This document shows positions 48,701 to 58,319 of a stretch of DNA of 60,556 bases, in pieces. The number at the start of each line of letters is the position of its first letter. Position 1 is the first letter of the stretch. The stretch comes from an uncultured Candidatus Poseidoniales archaeon (GTDB lineage: Archaea > Thermoplasmatota > Poseidoniia > Poseidoniales > Thalassarchaeaceae): contig CAYFFQ010000002.1 in NCBI GenBank assembly GCA_964342465.1, positions 1 through 60,556 on the forward strand. The letters run 5' to 3'. The notes beneath the pieces are model-generated. The model saw only the letters and a program-made list of their open reading frames with translations. It made no database searches and was not told where the DNA came from. Both the position numbers and the translations under genes were made by a program.

Positions 48701-48885
48701 ATCATCAATGGGACCAGTAGGGATGCTTCGAATGTTGAGCCGGGAACGATGGTAGGTTCCGCTGAGGCCGTCATTGAGGCCGCCAGAGTGAGACCCGTCA
48801 GAGCGACCACAGTCAGAGAGTAGACCAGCGAGAGGCGTGGCGGGAAGTATCGCCTATCCAACCACATCAGCCATACTGCCGGCAT
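45778..48885 (-). CDS. Large polytopic membrane protein with a TPR-like region
   Basis: About 9 N-terminal TM segments; helical repeats (EEALELALEAVKRDPESAKARIAVALCL); 2 further TMs; basic tail. Confidence 0.7.
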   Translation of the reverse strand: MPAVWLMWLDRRYFPPRLSLVYSLTVVALTGLTLAASMTASAEPTIVPGSTFEASLLVPLMISLSVGLALWRWLLPLSLSNLQVAFEIDDGLYEVHRLTKSRREVLGLLSAPRVSIGSLAYLFAMSGIILIICELLIQPSVFYQPVIFMMLVLVAIPILTSPFVTLYAQLSRHSHDKGRMSLLKRLYGTIVTITAVIVATAIVAFIGYQKSGFGADDKIFARWVGFALLTFMAPTILAYGRIMGASWNTLIINKWRTLKGKSTPIDPIKPSLLKRLAALIIFVFLATMPLTAVNGIVTLIYVELESPPDANSMLDLGGIVGWELFQLVENNPILQSLISLKALEITLASYLMLNVAVVGLAFIFELTRNLFLGGQTFGGTGGVILDRPRAIRSEKAVQGKVLFFSLAGFSGYSVLLLILQTYKEFSHLMPYGESSPLLAEETLLAETWQFIAAGQAIFLLTWVLSLGRFQILRNLRFELNPDERREGAILSGGGDWMRAHVEEAAFRDDIHSLRRFQSDTIRGDQLVLQLEKSRARMLECALRGLWPEAIDVARKLLAQQGGEDDEARMIIAAGQIASRRLDAAKEALHGLEQPEGYDEPEILSFIAEWLDPWSGEVSEDDFYDWEHISSIDYVQELQKRLLFWNPETNIDQLHSDPLATHAMLSSVAQLRGQRRCEEALELALEAVKRDPESAKARIAVALCLIDSEDWFDALDIFEELQEYAAEDPRVKALGAILGFAAPNNELESAIITPNPKEKRRWVDEAPTNAIAALTAKSGEDEALTANVMIASHAALEREVTPRYTPSVAWRILNLFFVLPFWLVCGAYAYVRSGSEVLGAAVAVSLTTLHFFALRFRRQQRRVIRHRDQKAMVTYARRLRRFKVSLARDRIPVGTHLILSGLLITINGVVFDLGFPGWMVVRLPKSTNRQVKTNLNERREDMMRQKMARCTPLPVEWWNKRPKPMVKEQRVLERLIGPAAYSRRTSRKELGERDSKPSPRIPIMDTDTGERHIPTHSIKSESKGPRRPSSRPMLED

Positions 48886-49039
48886 TCATCCTCTAAGCAA
48901 TTTCCCTCGCCAGGATTTCAGAAGTTCCCTTCACAGCCGATTCAGGTGGCGTCGAAAGCCACACCTCTCCTCGTGAGACGACAACGATGACTATTCATTC
49001 GATGAGCCTGAAAGGTTCAAGACCACGGCCATCTTCTTT

Positions 49040-50254
49040 TCAAGAATTGGCAAGAAATCTCTCGATTCTGTCAAAGGCTTGAGTCAGTTGTAGCATTGGT
49101 GGTAGGAATACGATTCTGAAGAAGCCCTTTCCGAACTCGGGGGAAAATCCCGAGCCGTGGACGACGAGAACCTTCTCTTCGTGCAACAATCTCAGCGTGA
49201 AATCTTTATCATCTTCCCGCCACCGTGGATGAGTCAATTTGACGAACATGTAGAATGCTCCACCAGGCGATTCTACCTCGATTCCATCGATGGAAGATAT
49301 TCTCTGCACACAGTAGTCACGTCTCTTCAATAGTTCATTCCTATATTCTTTCATCCAACTTCTGTCACCCTGCAGTCCGGCGAGATAACCCATCTGAGCC
49401 GGAGTCGAAGCACAGAGTCTCGAGCGCAGTAACCGCTCAATTCCGTCACGCACATCGGCGAAAATGTTGGTGCTATCGTAGATGGCCATATATCCGATGC
49501 GCCAACCCGGTGCATAGTAGACTTTGGATACACCGTTCAGGGTGAGGACGGGAGTGATGAAGCCGCCGTCTCGCGCCGCCGCAGCCATCGAGTGATGGGT
49601 CTGGGAATAATTCAATCCGTCATAGATTTCGTCCGAGATGATTACGCAATTCGGGTATTTTTCTGCAATCTCCAAGATGCCTTCGACAACTTCGCCATCA
49701 ACGATTCCTCCCGTCGGATTGTTCGGGTTGATGAGAACGAGGAGTCGTACTTCATCACTCATTTTATCGGCGATGTCATCGAGGTCTGGCCGCCAGCCAT
49801 TATCCGGCTCAAGCCGGTACTCTATAGTTTCACCACCATATAGGGGAGGATAGGTCATATATGGTGGATAGTGTGGCCCGGGGGAGAGAACCTTCTCGCC
49901 TGGTCTCAGCACTGCCGCGAAGATGATTTGCAGTGCTTCCGTCACACCGTGGCAGACGTAGACATCGTCTGGTCGACAAGGCCACCCTTTCGCCCTCTCG
50001 TCAACGGCGATGGCCTCTCTAAGGGGGGTGAGTCCATAGGAGTGGGAATAGCCATTCTCCTGCCTGTAGAGAGCCTGCTGGTAAGCGACAACCATGTGTT
50101 CTGGGGTAGGTAGTCCTGGGTAGGCAAGTGGGTCTCCTATGTTGAGTTTGAGTATCTCATGCCCTTGGTTTTCCAATTTGGTTGCTGGTACGACGACATC
50201 TCTGATGGCGTACTCGATGTTGGCGGCTCTATCGGCAACTGGTATTCTTTTCAT
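49040..50254 (-). CDS. Class I/II PLP aminotransferase (alanine aminotransferase-like)
   Basis: IEYAIRDV, LNIGDP, INPNNPTG, ISDEIYD, NGVSK (PLP Lys), PGWRIGY, GAFYMF. Confidence 0.92.
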   Translation of the reverse strand: MKRIPVADRAANIEYAIRDVVVPATKLENQGHEILKLNIGDPLAYPGLPTPEHMVVAYQQALYRQENGYSHSYGLTPLREAIAVDERAKGWPCRPDDVYVCHGVTEALQIIFAAVLRPGEKVLSPGPHYPPYMTYPPLYGGETIEYRLEPDNGWRPDLDDIADKMSDEVRLLVLINPNNPTGGIVDGEVVEGILEIAEKYPNCVIISDEIYDGLNYSQTHHSMAAAARDGGFITPVLTLNGVSKVYYAPGWRIGYMAIYDSTNIFADVRDGIERLLRSRLCASTPAQMGYLAGLQGDRSWMKEYRNELLKRRDYCVQRISSIDGIEVESPGGAFYMFVKLTHPRWREDDKDFTLRLLHEEKVLVVHGSGFSPEFGKGFFRIVFLPPMLQLTQAFDRIERFLANS

Positions 50255-50453
50255 CCCTATACCTCATTGTCTCTGAAGGGGGGTGTGGTTGTCACATTGT
50301 CGCAATCTCGACCTCAGCCATTCGGCTGTCATCACTACGATGGGGTCGGGGAGAGCCTATCTTTTTCACCGTGCGAAGTGGCAAATCCAGTACCCTCCGT
50401 TGGAAATATGACAAAGTTGAGGATGGGGTGACACACGCTCTATCGGTTGCCCA

Positions 50454-53435
50454 TTACCACGCATCCCTGTCTGAGGCGAGAGCAGGAGTCGCCAATACAA
50501 CTTCTTCATCCTCTCCTTTTTCTATTAGCCTCGCTGCTCGCATCATCGAACTAGAACCGCCGACGATTCCTATTCCTGATTCAATGAGGAAGGTGAATAT
50601 GGCGGGGAGCAGCAGGAGTGCAGATGCAGCAGCAAAGAGTAGCAGTATGATAATGACTTTGACGAATGGTTGGAGGGCTGGAATCGGGATCAAAAAAGCA
50701 GTCGCAAGACCTGCGCAGGTGACGACCACCGCTTCAATAAGAGACATTCCGGTGGTGGCACAAGCCTCGCGCACCGCATCAACACTACCACCCTGTTCTC
50801 GCACGCGATTGGCGATGTGAATACTGAAATCAATTCCGACACCGACGAGAATGGACCCAATCATCACCGTCACAAGTGAGAGTGTGACATCCATCTGTTG
50901 CATCACCAACCACTGCATGGCGACGGTGAAAACCACAGGGAGGGTTGTGAGAAGGGCATATCTCGGGTCTCTAAAGACCACCGCAAGAGTGAGAAGCGTC
51001 GCTACCAAGGCGAAGCCTAGTGAAGACCACTGCGAACCGACTATCAACTCGTTGACGGCGATTGTCACAGCGGCGACACCAATAAGATGTGAAGAGGTGA
51101 TTCCACCCGGATAGTTCTGGTCTGCGTAGGTGTTCGCCTCGTCGACAGCAGCCTTGGTATCCTGCACATTCATGAAGGGCATATCGACATAGATGAGGCT
51201 GCGGTCGTAATCGGCATTGATGAAAAGTTGTCTGGTTTCATCAGTCAGGGAGGCATAGAAAACATCAAGAAGAAAGATCTGCGCCCTCTTGTTTGCATCA
51301 TCCTCAGTGTTGAAGGTGTTCAATACTCTCCAGAAAGTTGCATCCTGTTCCTCCTCTCTGTCGAAGATGACTTGGCATACCTCCTGACCTGTGCTGGGGG
51401 GTAACATGTCACAGAAGGGAAGTACGGAGGTGCCTGAGAGATTGACAGAGACGCCTACGGATTTCATCAGGAAAACTATGCTCACAGCATTTGTTTTATC
51501 AATGCTGTCGGTGCGGTTTTCCAACATCTCAATGTCTTGTAATTTGGCGAAGGGGTCGTCATTCTCTATTGATTCGTCATCTCTGTCTCCGGCCACAGCC
51601 CCATCTATCAGCAGCATTCCTATTTGGCCGGCGTTGAACTCGGTGCTATACTGTTTCATCTTGAGAATTGGTGGTTGTCCCTCCGGCGCCATCTCCAGTA
51701 GGTCGATGTTTTCCTCCACTTGAGGGCGAGCCCAAATCGCTGATACCAACATCAGGATGATGAATAAACTGAGTGTGGTTTTGGCCCAATTGATGGGCTG
51801 CTCGACGATGAACTCGATGGGTCTTGGTGGGGGATGGCTCGGTTTCTTCAGGTCTAACAGCATGGTGAGGTTGGGAACCATCACCATAGTTAGGAAATAG
51901 ACGATGACTATCCCTCCTGCGAGGGCGATTCCGACCGTCTTGATGGGGGCCATCGGCGTGGAAACCAATGAAATGAATCCTATCACTGTGGTGATGGCTG
52001 AGAGTAGGACGGCTTTTCCAGTAGATTGAATGGCGATGGCCATCTTGTCCTCAGGGGAGCCGGTTTCCTCGGCGTATCTATTGGTGATATGCAATCCGTA
52101 TGAAACGCCTAACGCTAGAAGAATCGGTCCTACGATTATCACTGTCATAGTCACTTCATAATCAAGATAACCGATTATTCCCAATGTCCACCACACAGAG
52201 CAGAGAGTTGGCAATCCTGAAATTATTACGACTTTGATTCCTTGAACCCAACGGACACGGCCGGTCTGGATGAAGTCGGAATGGAAGAGAAAGAGACCGA
52301 ATGCTACCGCCACGATTCCAATTGGGAAAATCTGCCAAAACAGGACGAAGGAGAATTTCGTCACTGAATTGGTGATAGGAACGGGGCCAGTGAGTGTCAT
52401 TGTAATCCCGAGGCATTCAGGGCTAGACCCATTCTGCCCATCTGGTCGGTCAACACATTCTGATTCATCCTCATTCCAATTGTTTTCGAGGGCGGTCTGC
52501 GAAATCCAGCATTCCGTATAGGTGATGATGTCGGTATGTGCCTCTATCTCTCTCTCCCCTCCAGTGGCGCAGACGGGAGGTATCTCATTGGCTCGGAAAC
52601 CGGTATCCACCACCCCGACGACAATCACAGCACGGTTCGGGAAACCGACCTGCTCCAAGGCTCCGGCACCAACGTCTCGGTACAACTTGTCCTTTGCGTT
52701 CGGTGGCAATTCACCGATAATCTGGTTCACCCGTTGTTGCTCTTCAGGAATGCTGTATCCACCCAAGGTGTCACCGAGCTCGTCTATCTGGTCATTTATC
52801 TGCTGAGAAATGTTCTCATCACCAAACGCATTGGTGACGAATGCCTTGGCCACCCGAGGCGCTGATGAGTTCACCTCCTTTACAACAGTGGAAATCGACA
52901 AGATGTAGATGATTCCATCTTCCTCACCTTCATCAGATACCACCCTATTCAGTTGCCTCTCTATGGCATCCAACTGCTTCAGAATCTCGACATTGGTCAC
53001 CGCCTGATTGTCTGATTCCACATAGATTATCATCGCGTTGGTGGTCCAATCCTCTTCAATCCTGTCAATGTCATCTCCGACGGCTGAATCATCAGGCAGG
53101 TAGACTTCAAGGTCACCGTTGACATTCAGTGAGGTGGTCCCAGTCCACTTGTCAACGATTCCTGAATGAAAAAGAAAGAACATGGTGATGGCGACACAGA
53201 GAAAGACCGTGGGTGCGGGAAATCTGGTCAGAGTTCCAAAGATTGTCATTTTCCTCAGTTCTTTTCTGATTCTCCGCGGTGCCGCCATTATCGCTTCCAC
53301 CGCAACATCAGCATCGAAGTCGCGGATGCTGTCAGCAACCCTCTGTCCGGCGCCGGCCATTCTGTCAGAGAGTTGAGGGCGCACCGGCTTTGCATCTTCA
53401 GCGGCAACGAGTTGCTCATCACCCCTCTTGTCCAT
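50454..53435 (-). CDS. RND/MMPL family transporter
   Basis: Two TM repeats each with a large extracytoplasmic loop; GVSYGLHITNRY and GVGIDFSIHIANR; GKAVLLSAITTVIGF. Confidence 0.9.
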   Translation of the reverse strand: MDKRGDEQLVAAEDAKPVRPQLSDRMAGAGQRVADSIRDFDADVAVEAIMAAPRRIRKELRKMTIFGTLTRFPAPTVFLCVAITMFFLFHSGIVDKWTGTTSLNVNGDLEVYLPDDSAVGDDIDRIEEDWTTNAMIIYVESDNQAVTNVEILKQLDAIERQLNRVVSDEGEEDGIIYILSISTVVKEVNSSAPRVAKAFVTNAFGDENISQQINDQIDELGDTLGGYSIPEEQQRVNQIIGELPPNAKDKLYRDVGAGALEQVGFPNRAVIVVGVVDTGFRANEIPPVCATGGEREIEAHTDIITYTECWISQTALENNWNEDESECVDRPDGQNGSSPECLGITMTLTGPVPITNSVTKFSFVLFWQIFPIGIVAVAFGLFLFHSDFIQTGRVRWVQGIKVVIISGLPTLCSVWWTLGIIGYLDYEVTMTVIIVGPILLALGVSYGLHITNRYAEETGSPEDKMAIAIQSTGKAVLLSAITTVIGFISLVSTPMAPIKTVGIALAGGIVIVYFLTMVMVPNLTMLLDLKKPSHPPPRPIEFIVEQPINWAKTTLSLFIILMLVSAIWARPQVEENIDLLEMAPEGQPPILKMKQYSTEFNAGQIGMLLIDGAVAGDRDDESIENDDPFAKLQDIEMLENRTDSIDKTNAVSIVFLMKSVGVSVNLSGTSVLPFCDMLPPSTGQEVCQVIFDREEEQDATFWRVLNTFNTEDDANKRAQIFLLDVFYASLTDETRQLFINADYDRSLIYVDMPFMNVQDTKAAVDEANTYADQNYPGGITSSHLIGVAAVTIAVNELIVGSQWSSLGFALVATLLTLAVVFRDPRYALLTTLPVVFTVAMQWLVMQQMDVTLSLVTVMIGSILVGVGIDFSIHIANRVREQGGSVDAVREACATTGMSLIEAVVVTCAGLATAFLIPIPALQPFVKVIIILLLFAAASALLLLPAIFTFLIESGIGIVGGSSSMMRAARLIEKGEDEEVVLATPALASDRDAW

Positions 53436-53722
53436 CTGCCATCCCCTGCCTCTCCACCCACCTTTAACATCTCAGCCTATCGTTTCACATCGGTGGCGAT
53501 TGCAGCCATTCCAGCAACAGCCACGATTATGCTACGCCACTTTGAACCACTTATCACCAATCCACAGTCACTCAGCCTGAGCATCCTCGCCCAATTCAAA
53601 CAGAGGTAGAACTCTCCCTCTCTCCCACCCCGCACCAGCGGTATCCTCATGAGGGGGGGTAGCGGCGCAAAGCGCGAGGAGCCTTGCAGTTGACGTGCGA
53701 GAGAGCCTAAGAGGGATGATAG

Positions 53723-56206
53723 ATGGGAAATCCGCGAATCACTGAGAAACGGTGGACGATAGACCTAGAGAAGAGAATCCAGGAAGAGCATTACTCGGAC
53801 GAGGCGACCTATGATTCTCGCTACGGATTTGACCCTTCGTCTGGAAGAGAGTTGTTTGTTGTTGACACCCCTCCCCCCTATCCGAGCGGAACATGGCACA
53901 TCGGCGCAGTGGCTCAGTATTCAATGATTGATGTCATCGCTCGCTCCCAAAGACTCATCGGCAAGGAAGTCTATTTCCCCTGGGGTGTGGATAGGAATGG
54001 AATCAACATCGAATTCACCGTCGAGAAGAATACCGGCCGAAAGATGAAGTCATATGAGCGCGGTGAATTTCTCAATCTCTGCCAAGAGACGATTGAGGAG
54101 TTCACACAGGCGATGCGAGAAACTGCTAGCAGAGTAGGGCTCTCATGCGATTTCTCCAAGGAATATCTCACCGATTCACCCGAATACCGCGCCGTCACCC
54201 AAGCCATCTTCGTAGACCTGTTCAAGAAAGGGGAGATAGTTGAAGACCTCAGGCCAAATATCTACGACCCAGTCGAGGGGACCACCATCGCTGACGCCGA
54301 GGTGGAACGGCTGCAGAGGATGACTCGCCTCGTAGATGTCACATGGACGACGGAGAGTGGCGAGGAGGTAGTCATCTCGACAACTCGCCCTGAACTCATT
54401 TGTGCTTGTGGTGTGGTTGTGGTTCACCCCGATGATGGGAGATACACACACCTCGTTGGAAAGAGGATATCACTTCCCGTCCCGGTGTCAGGAAGGGGCT
54501 CCACGGTGGAAATCACAGCTCACCCCTCTGTCAAGTCTGATTTTGGTTCTGGGGTGCTGATGGTCTGTTCGTTCGGGGATGCCAACGATGTCGCAGTCTT
54601 CCGCGAACTCGGTCTCACTCCATTCCAAGCAATCGGTCTAGATGGCTGCATGACTGAAATAGCCGGCCCGTTTGCCGGTCTGACGGTGAAGGAGGCTAGA
54701 GAACGGGTCATCGAATCACTGCAATCTGAAGGCAGGATTGCCGGCATAGAAGAGCGGACACAAGAGGTGCCTGTCTCCGAGCGCGGAAAAAACCCAGTCG
54801 AGATTATCCTTCTCAAAGAGTGGTATGTGAGGCAAACTCATGTACAGGAGAGAATGAGAGAACTCGCAGATGAAATCAATTTCATCCCCCCGCGAAACAA
54901 GCAGTTCCTCCTCGATTGGATGGATAACATCTCCATCGATTGGCCCATCTCTCGTCGTCGGTGGTATCACACCGAGATACCCATCTGGTATTCCGACGAC
55001 GGTACGAAGGTCGTAGTTCCACCGCACGGAACTTATGTGCAACCTTGGCGGCAAGTTCCACCGAGTGGTTCGATGGTTCTCGACCGCGAAACGAGGATTG
55101 AACTCGGTTCATGGGATGATTTGGCTGCTGACATCGGTGAGGTGCGAGGGGAGGAGAAGGTCTTCGATACTTGGATGGACTCTTCCAACTCCAATCTCTT
55201 CGTGTCAGGGTATCTCAATGATGACGAGGTCTTCAAACATGCATTTCCTACTGGAATCAGGCCGCAGGGAAAGGAGATTGTCCGAACTTGGTTGTACTAC
55301 ACTCTTCTCAAGTCAGCACTGCTCTTCGATAAACCAGGCTTCGCCAATGTCTGGATTGATGGTTTGGGTATGGACCCTTGGGGTCGCAAGATGTCCAAGT
55401 CGCTCGGCAATGGCATCGACGCCGATTCCGTTCTTGAGTGTGGAGCGGGTGGAAGGACCGGTTCATGGCGGGTCAAAGGCCCTGACAAGACCGTTCTGTT
55501 GCGAGCCAACAAGATAGGCTCCGAGTGTTTCCGGCTGTGGAAGGCGTGCAACGGGCAGGTCGGTGACGATTTCCAGATCAATCCAGAAGAGATTGAGGCG
55601 AAGTATTTCGGAGTTCTGACGAAATTGTTCAATGTGGCGCGGTTCGCCAGCCAGTTCGATGTGCCCGAGAATCTCAATGACACACCACAGAATCTGCCTG
55701 TGGAAGACCTGTGGATTTTGTCAGAATTCGACCATGTCAACTCGACGGTGAAAACTGCTTGGAATGCTATAGATATCTATACAGCTGCCCAATCGTTGAA
55801 AAATTTCGGCACAGGCATCTTCCCCAGCCACTGGTTGGAGATGGCTAAGTCAAGACTTTATGATGGAGACGATATCGCCGCTTGGACAGTTCATAGAATC
55901 GTCCGTGACATGTTGACCATGTTCTCTCCCATCTGCCCATTCTTCAGCCACCACTTGTCAACCACCCTCTATGGCGAATCCGCAGTTGATATCCGAAAAT
56001 TCCCCCCCCCACCTCTGGCCACCTCAACTTCAGATGTTGAAAGGCTCCGGGGAAAAACGAGTCATCTCGTAGAATTCAATTCCTCGACTTGGAAGGCGAA
56101 GAAGGATGCCGGTCTCCCACTGAACGCACCCATCACAGGAATCAGCATCATCGCTGAGTTGGAGGAGTTCGGCGAGGCGTTGGTGAGGATGCACAAACTC
56201 GAATGA
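53723..56206 (+). CDS. valS: Valine--tRNA ligase (archaeal type)
   Basis: DTPPPYPSG.WHIGA, TTRPEL, GSGVLMVCSFGD, DWPISRRR, DTWMDSS, PQGKEI, KMSKS. Confidence 0.95.
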   Translation: MGNPRITEKRWTIDLEKRIQEEHYSDEATYDSRYGFDPSSGRELFVVDTPPPYPSGTWHIGAVAQYSMIDVIARSQRLIGKEVYFPWGVDRNGINIEFTVEKNTGRKMKSYERGEFLNLCQETIEEFTQAMRETASRVGLSCDFSKEYLTDSPEYRAVTQAIFVDLFKKGEIVEDLRPNIYDPVEGTTIADAEVERLQRMTRLVDVTWTTESGEEVVISTTRPELICACGVVVVHPDDGRYTHLVGKRISLPVPVSGRGSTVEITAHPSVKSDFGSGVLMVCSFGDANDVAVFRELGLTPFQAIGLDGCMTEIAGPFAGLTVKEARERVIESLQSEGRIAGIEERTQEVPVSERGKNPVEIILLKEWYVRQTHVQERMRELADEINFIPPRNKQFLLDWMDNISIDWPISRRRWYHTEIPIWYSDDGTKVVVPPHGTYVQPWRQVPPSGSMVLDRETRIELGSWDDLAADIGEVRGEEKVFDTWMDSSNSNLFVSGYLNDDEVFKHAFPTGIRPQGKEIVRTWLYYTLLKSALLFDKPGFANVWIDGLGMDPWGRKMSKSLGNGIDADSVLECGAGGRTGSWRVKGPDKTVLLRANKIGSECFRLWKACNGQVGDDFQINPEEIEAKYFGVLTKLFNVARFASQFDVPENLNDTPQNLPVEDLWILSEFDHVNSTVKTAWNAIDIYTAAQSLKNFGTGIFPSHWLEMAKSRLYDGDDIAAWTVHRIVRDMLTMFSPICPFFSHHLSTTLYGESAVDIRKFPPPPLATSTSDVERLRGKTSHLVEFNSSTWKAKKDAGLPLNAPITGISIIAELEEFGEALVRMHKLE

Positions 56207-56401
56207 GTGACCTGAACCATTCACTCAGGCAGGCCCATCGTTTTCCTCCCTCTGGTAACGCCTCGACCAAATCAACATCTAATCCTTCGAGAGTCCTTCT
56301 GTCCGAGAGAACCATTCCCCGCCCATCATATCCGCGAATGAGAAGGGTTCCCACGAGGTCGCCACCGAAAGGGCCGCTCGCTCTAGTGACAGATGCCCGT
56401 A

Positions 56402-57391
56402 TTAGAAGACTTCAGGGTTGATGATTGATTTGGGTTTTCTCCCATCGAAGAAATTACAGATGAGGTCAGCCATTTCGAGACCGATTCTCCCTTGTGCTTC
56501 ATCGGTTGCTGCCCCGATATGCGGGGTGCCGTGAAAATTTCTATGTTGAAGCAGTGGATTGTCTCCAGCCGGCTCCACCTCAAACACATCGAGTGCCGCA
56601 GTTGTGATGACCCCCTCTTCAAGGGCTTCGAGGAGAGCGACTTCGTCAATTATTCCGCCTCGCGCACAGTTGACGATGTGGTTCCCACACTCAACACCCT
56701 CCGGCGAAAGGCGTGGCATCATCCCCATTCTCTCGGAGTTGACCAGATGTCTGGTTTCATCGGTGAGATTGCAATGGATGGAAATATGTGTACAGAGGCG
56801 AAAAACCTCGTCAATATCGTCGTGTAGAGTGCAGTGCAGGTCGGCGGCAATCTCTGGGGGGAGGTATGGGTCATAGGCGTGGATCGTCATACCCAATGCT
56901 CTCGCAGCCTGACCTACTCCCTGAGCGATTCTGCCAAAGCCAACGAGGCCGAGTCGCTTACCAGCCAATTCACTACCACTCAATCGCTTCTTCTGCCATT
57001 CGCCAGCCCTAAGAGTTCTGTCACCAGTGGCGATATGTCTGACCGAAGCGAGCAGATGGCCGATAGTAAGTTCCACGACGGCATGAGTTGATGCACCAGG
57101 GGTGTTACAGACAGCAACTCTCGCTCTGGTCGCCGCCTTCAAGTCGATATTGTCCACACCGACTCCGGCGCGACCAATCAGCCTCAATGACCCTTTTCTT
57201 CCACTACTCACCTTAATCACCTTGGCAGTCATTATTGTAGCGCTTCTGATGACAACCGCGTCGTATTCAGCCAAGGCACCTTTTCCCAACTCCTCGGCGG
57301 TGAAGTGGTGCAGAACGACTTCATGACCAGCCTCTTCCAACTTCGCCAAAGCCTTCGCTTCCATGCCGTCGGTCACACAGATACGTGCCAT
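56402..57391 (-). CDS. D-isomer 2-hydroxyacid dehydrogenase (phosphoglycerate dehydrogenase-like, no ACT domain)
   Basis: RAGVGVDNID, GLVGFGRIA, AYDPY, NCARGGIIDE, LDVFEVEP, TPHIGAAT.EAQ. Confidence 0.9.
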   Translation of the reverse strand: MARICVTDGMEAKALAKLEEAGHEVVLHHFTAEELGKGALAEYDAVVIRSATIMTAKVIKVSSGRKGSLRLIGRAGVGVDNIDLKAATRARVAVCNTPGASTHAVVELTIGHLLASVRHIATGDRTLRAGEWQKKRLSGSELAGKRLGLVGFGRIAQGVGQAARALGMTIHAYDPYLPPEIAADLHCTLHDDIDEVFRLCTHISIHCNLTDETRHLVNSERMGMMPRLSPEGVECGNHIVNCARGGIIDEVALLEALEEGVITTAALDVFEVEPAGDNPLLQHRNFHGTPHIGAATDEAQGRIGLEMADLICNFFDGRKPKSIINPEVF

Positions 57392-57417
57392 CGTGACAGT
57401 GGCGACAATCGGACTTC

Positions 57418-57436
57418 AATCAAGGTTGCCTTGATT
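57418..57436. promoter_or_regulatory. 8-3-8 inverted repeat in the divergent dehydrogenase/sod region
   Basis: AATCAAGG-TTG-CCTTGATT. Confidence 0.4.
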
Positions 57437-57506
57437 CTGTTTAACTTACGATGACAAGTATTGATTAGACAACGGGTCTGGATTGCACATCGGAGATGGA
57501 CTAGAA

Positions 57507-58103
57507 ATGCCCTATGAACTGCCCCCACTCGGTTTTCGATACGATGCTTGTGAGCCACATCTTGACGCTCTGACCATGGAAATCCACTACAGCAAGCACC
57601 ATGCTGGTTACACGGCCAAACTCAATGCCGCCATAGAGGGGACGGAAATGGACGGGTTGCCCATTGAGGAACTGCTCACCCGATTCAGTGATGTCAATTC
57701 GGTGCGAAACCTCGGCGGCGGCTACTGGAACCACTGTCTCTACTGGCGATTTATCTCACCGAACGGTGGAGGTGAGCCATCCGGCGACATCGCCGCGGCA
57801 ATCGAACGGGACTTCGGCTCTTTCGATTCTTTCAAAGAGGAGTTCACCCAAGCAGCCTTGACCCAGTTCGGGAGTGGCTGGGCTTGGCTTGTGGTCAGAG
57901 AAGACGGAACACTTGCCGTGACCAAGAGCCTCAATCAAGTCAATCCAATCATGGAGGGTGAGGGAGAACCCATCCTCACTGTCGATGTGTGGGAGCATGC
58001 GTACTACAAGAAGTTTGGTCCAGGCAGAGGTGATTTCGTCGAAGCGTGGTGGAATGTCGTTGACTGGGATGAAGTCGCTGACGCATACCGGATGGCCACC
58101 TGA
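57507..58103 (+). CDS. sod: Fe/Mn superoxide dismutase, Mn-type signature
   Basis: HYSKHH, NLGGGYWNH, FGSGWAWL, NQ, DVWEHAYY; GGG plus Gln pattern points to Mn specificity; start ATG 57507. Confidence 0.95.
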   Translation: MPYELPPLGFRYDACEPHLDALTMEIHYSKHHAGYTAKLNAAIEGTEMDGLPIEELLTRFSDVNSVRNLGGGYWNHCLYWRFISPNGGGEPSGDIAAAIERDFGSFDSFKEEFTQAALTQFGSGWAWLVVREDGTLAVTKSLNQVNPIMEGEGEPILTVDVWEHAYYKKFGPGRGDFVEAWWNVVDWDEVADAYRMAT

Positions 58104-58319
58104 ACTCAGTTCTTCGCCCTTCAATCTCAAACCCACTCTCCACCTCTCCTAGTAAAAGCACCTAGCACTGGGTAGGGGAGTGAACCTGAACCTTGCAACC
58201 TATCCTCTAATCATCATATTCAGAGTGTTGGAGTGAATATGTGTTGTCGAGGCACCTGCTCCAAAGCGGTCATTCTATGAGCCGTTGACCGACCTATTCA
58301 TGAAGGCGAGAGGGCAGCG

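Noticed and set aside
53600-53720. T-box or riboswitch upstream of valS (CCTCATGAGG palindrome, GCGCAAAGCGC hairpin)
   Set aside because: No T-box consensus, T-boxes are not known in archaea, and the dyads are short.
6036-58105. TGAAC at the stops of six genes (mdh, pntB, small PolB2 partner, 32624 gene, PKD gene, sod)
   Set aside because: With TGA as the dominant stop, 6 of about 40 is only slightly above chance.
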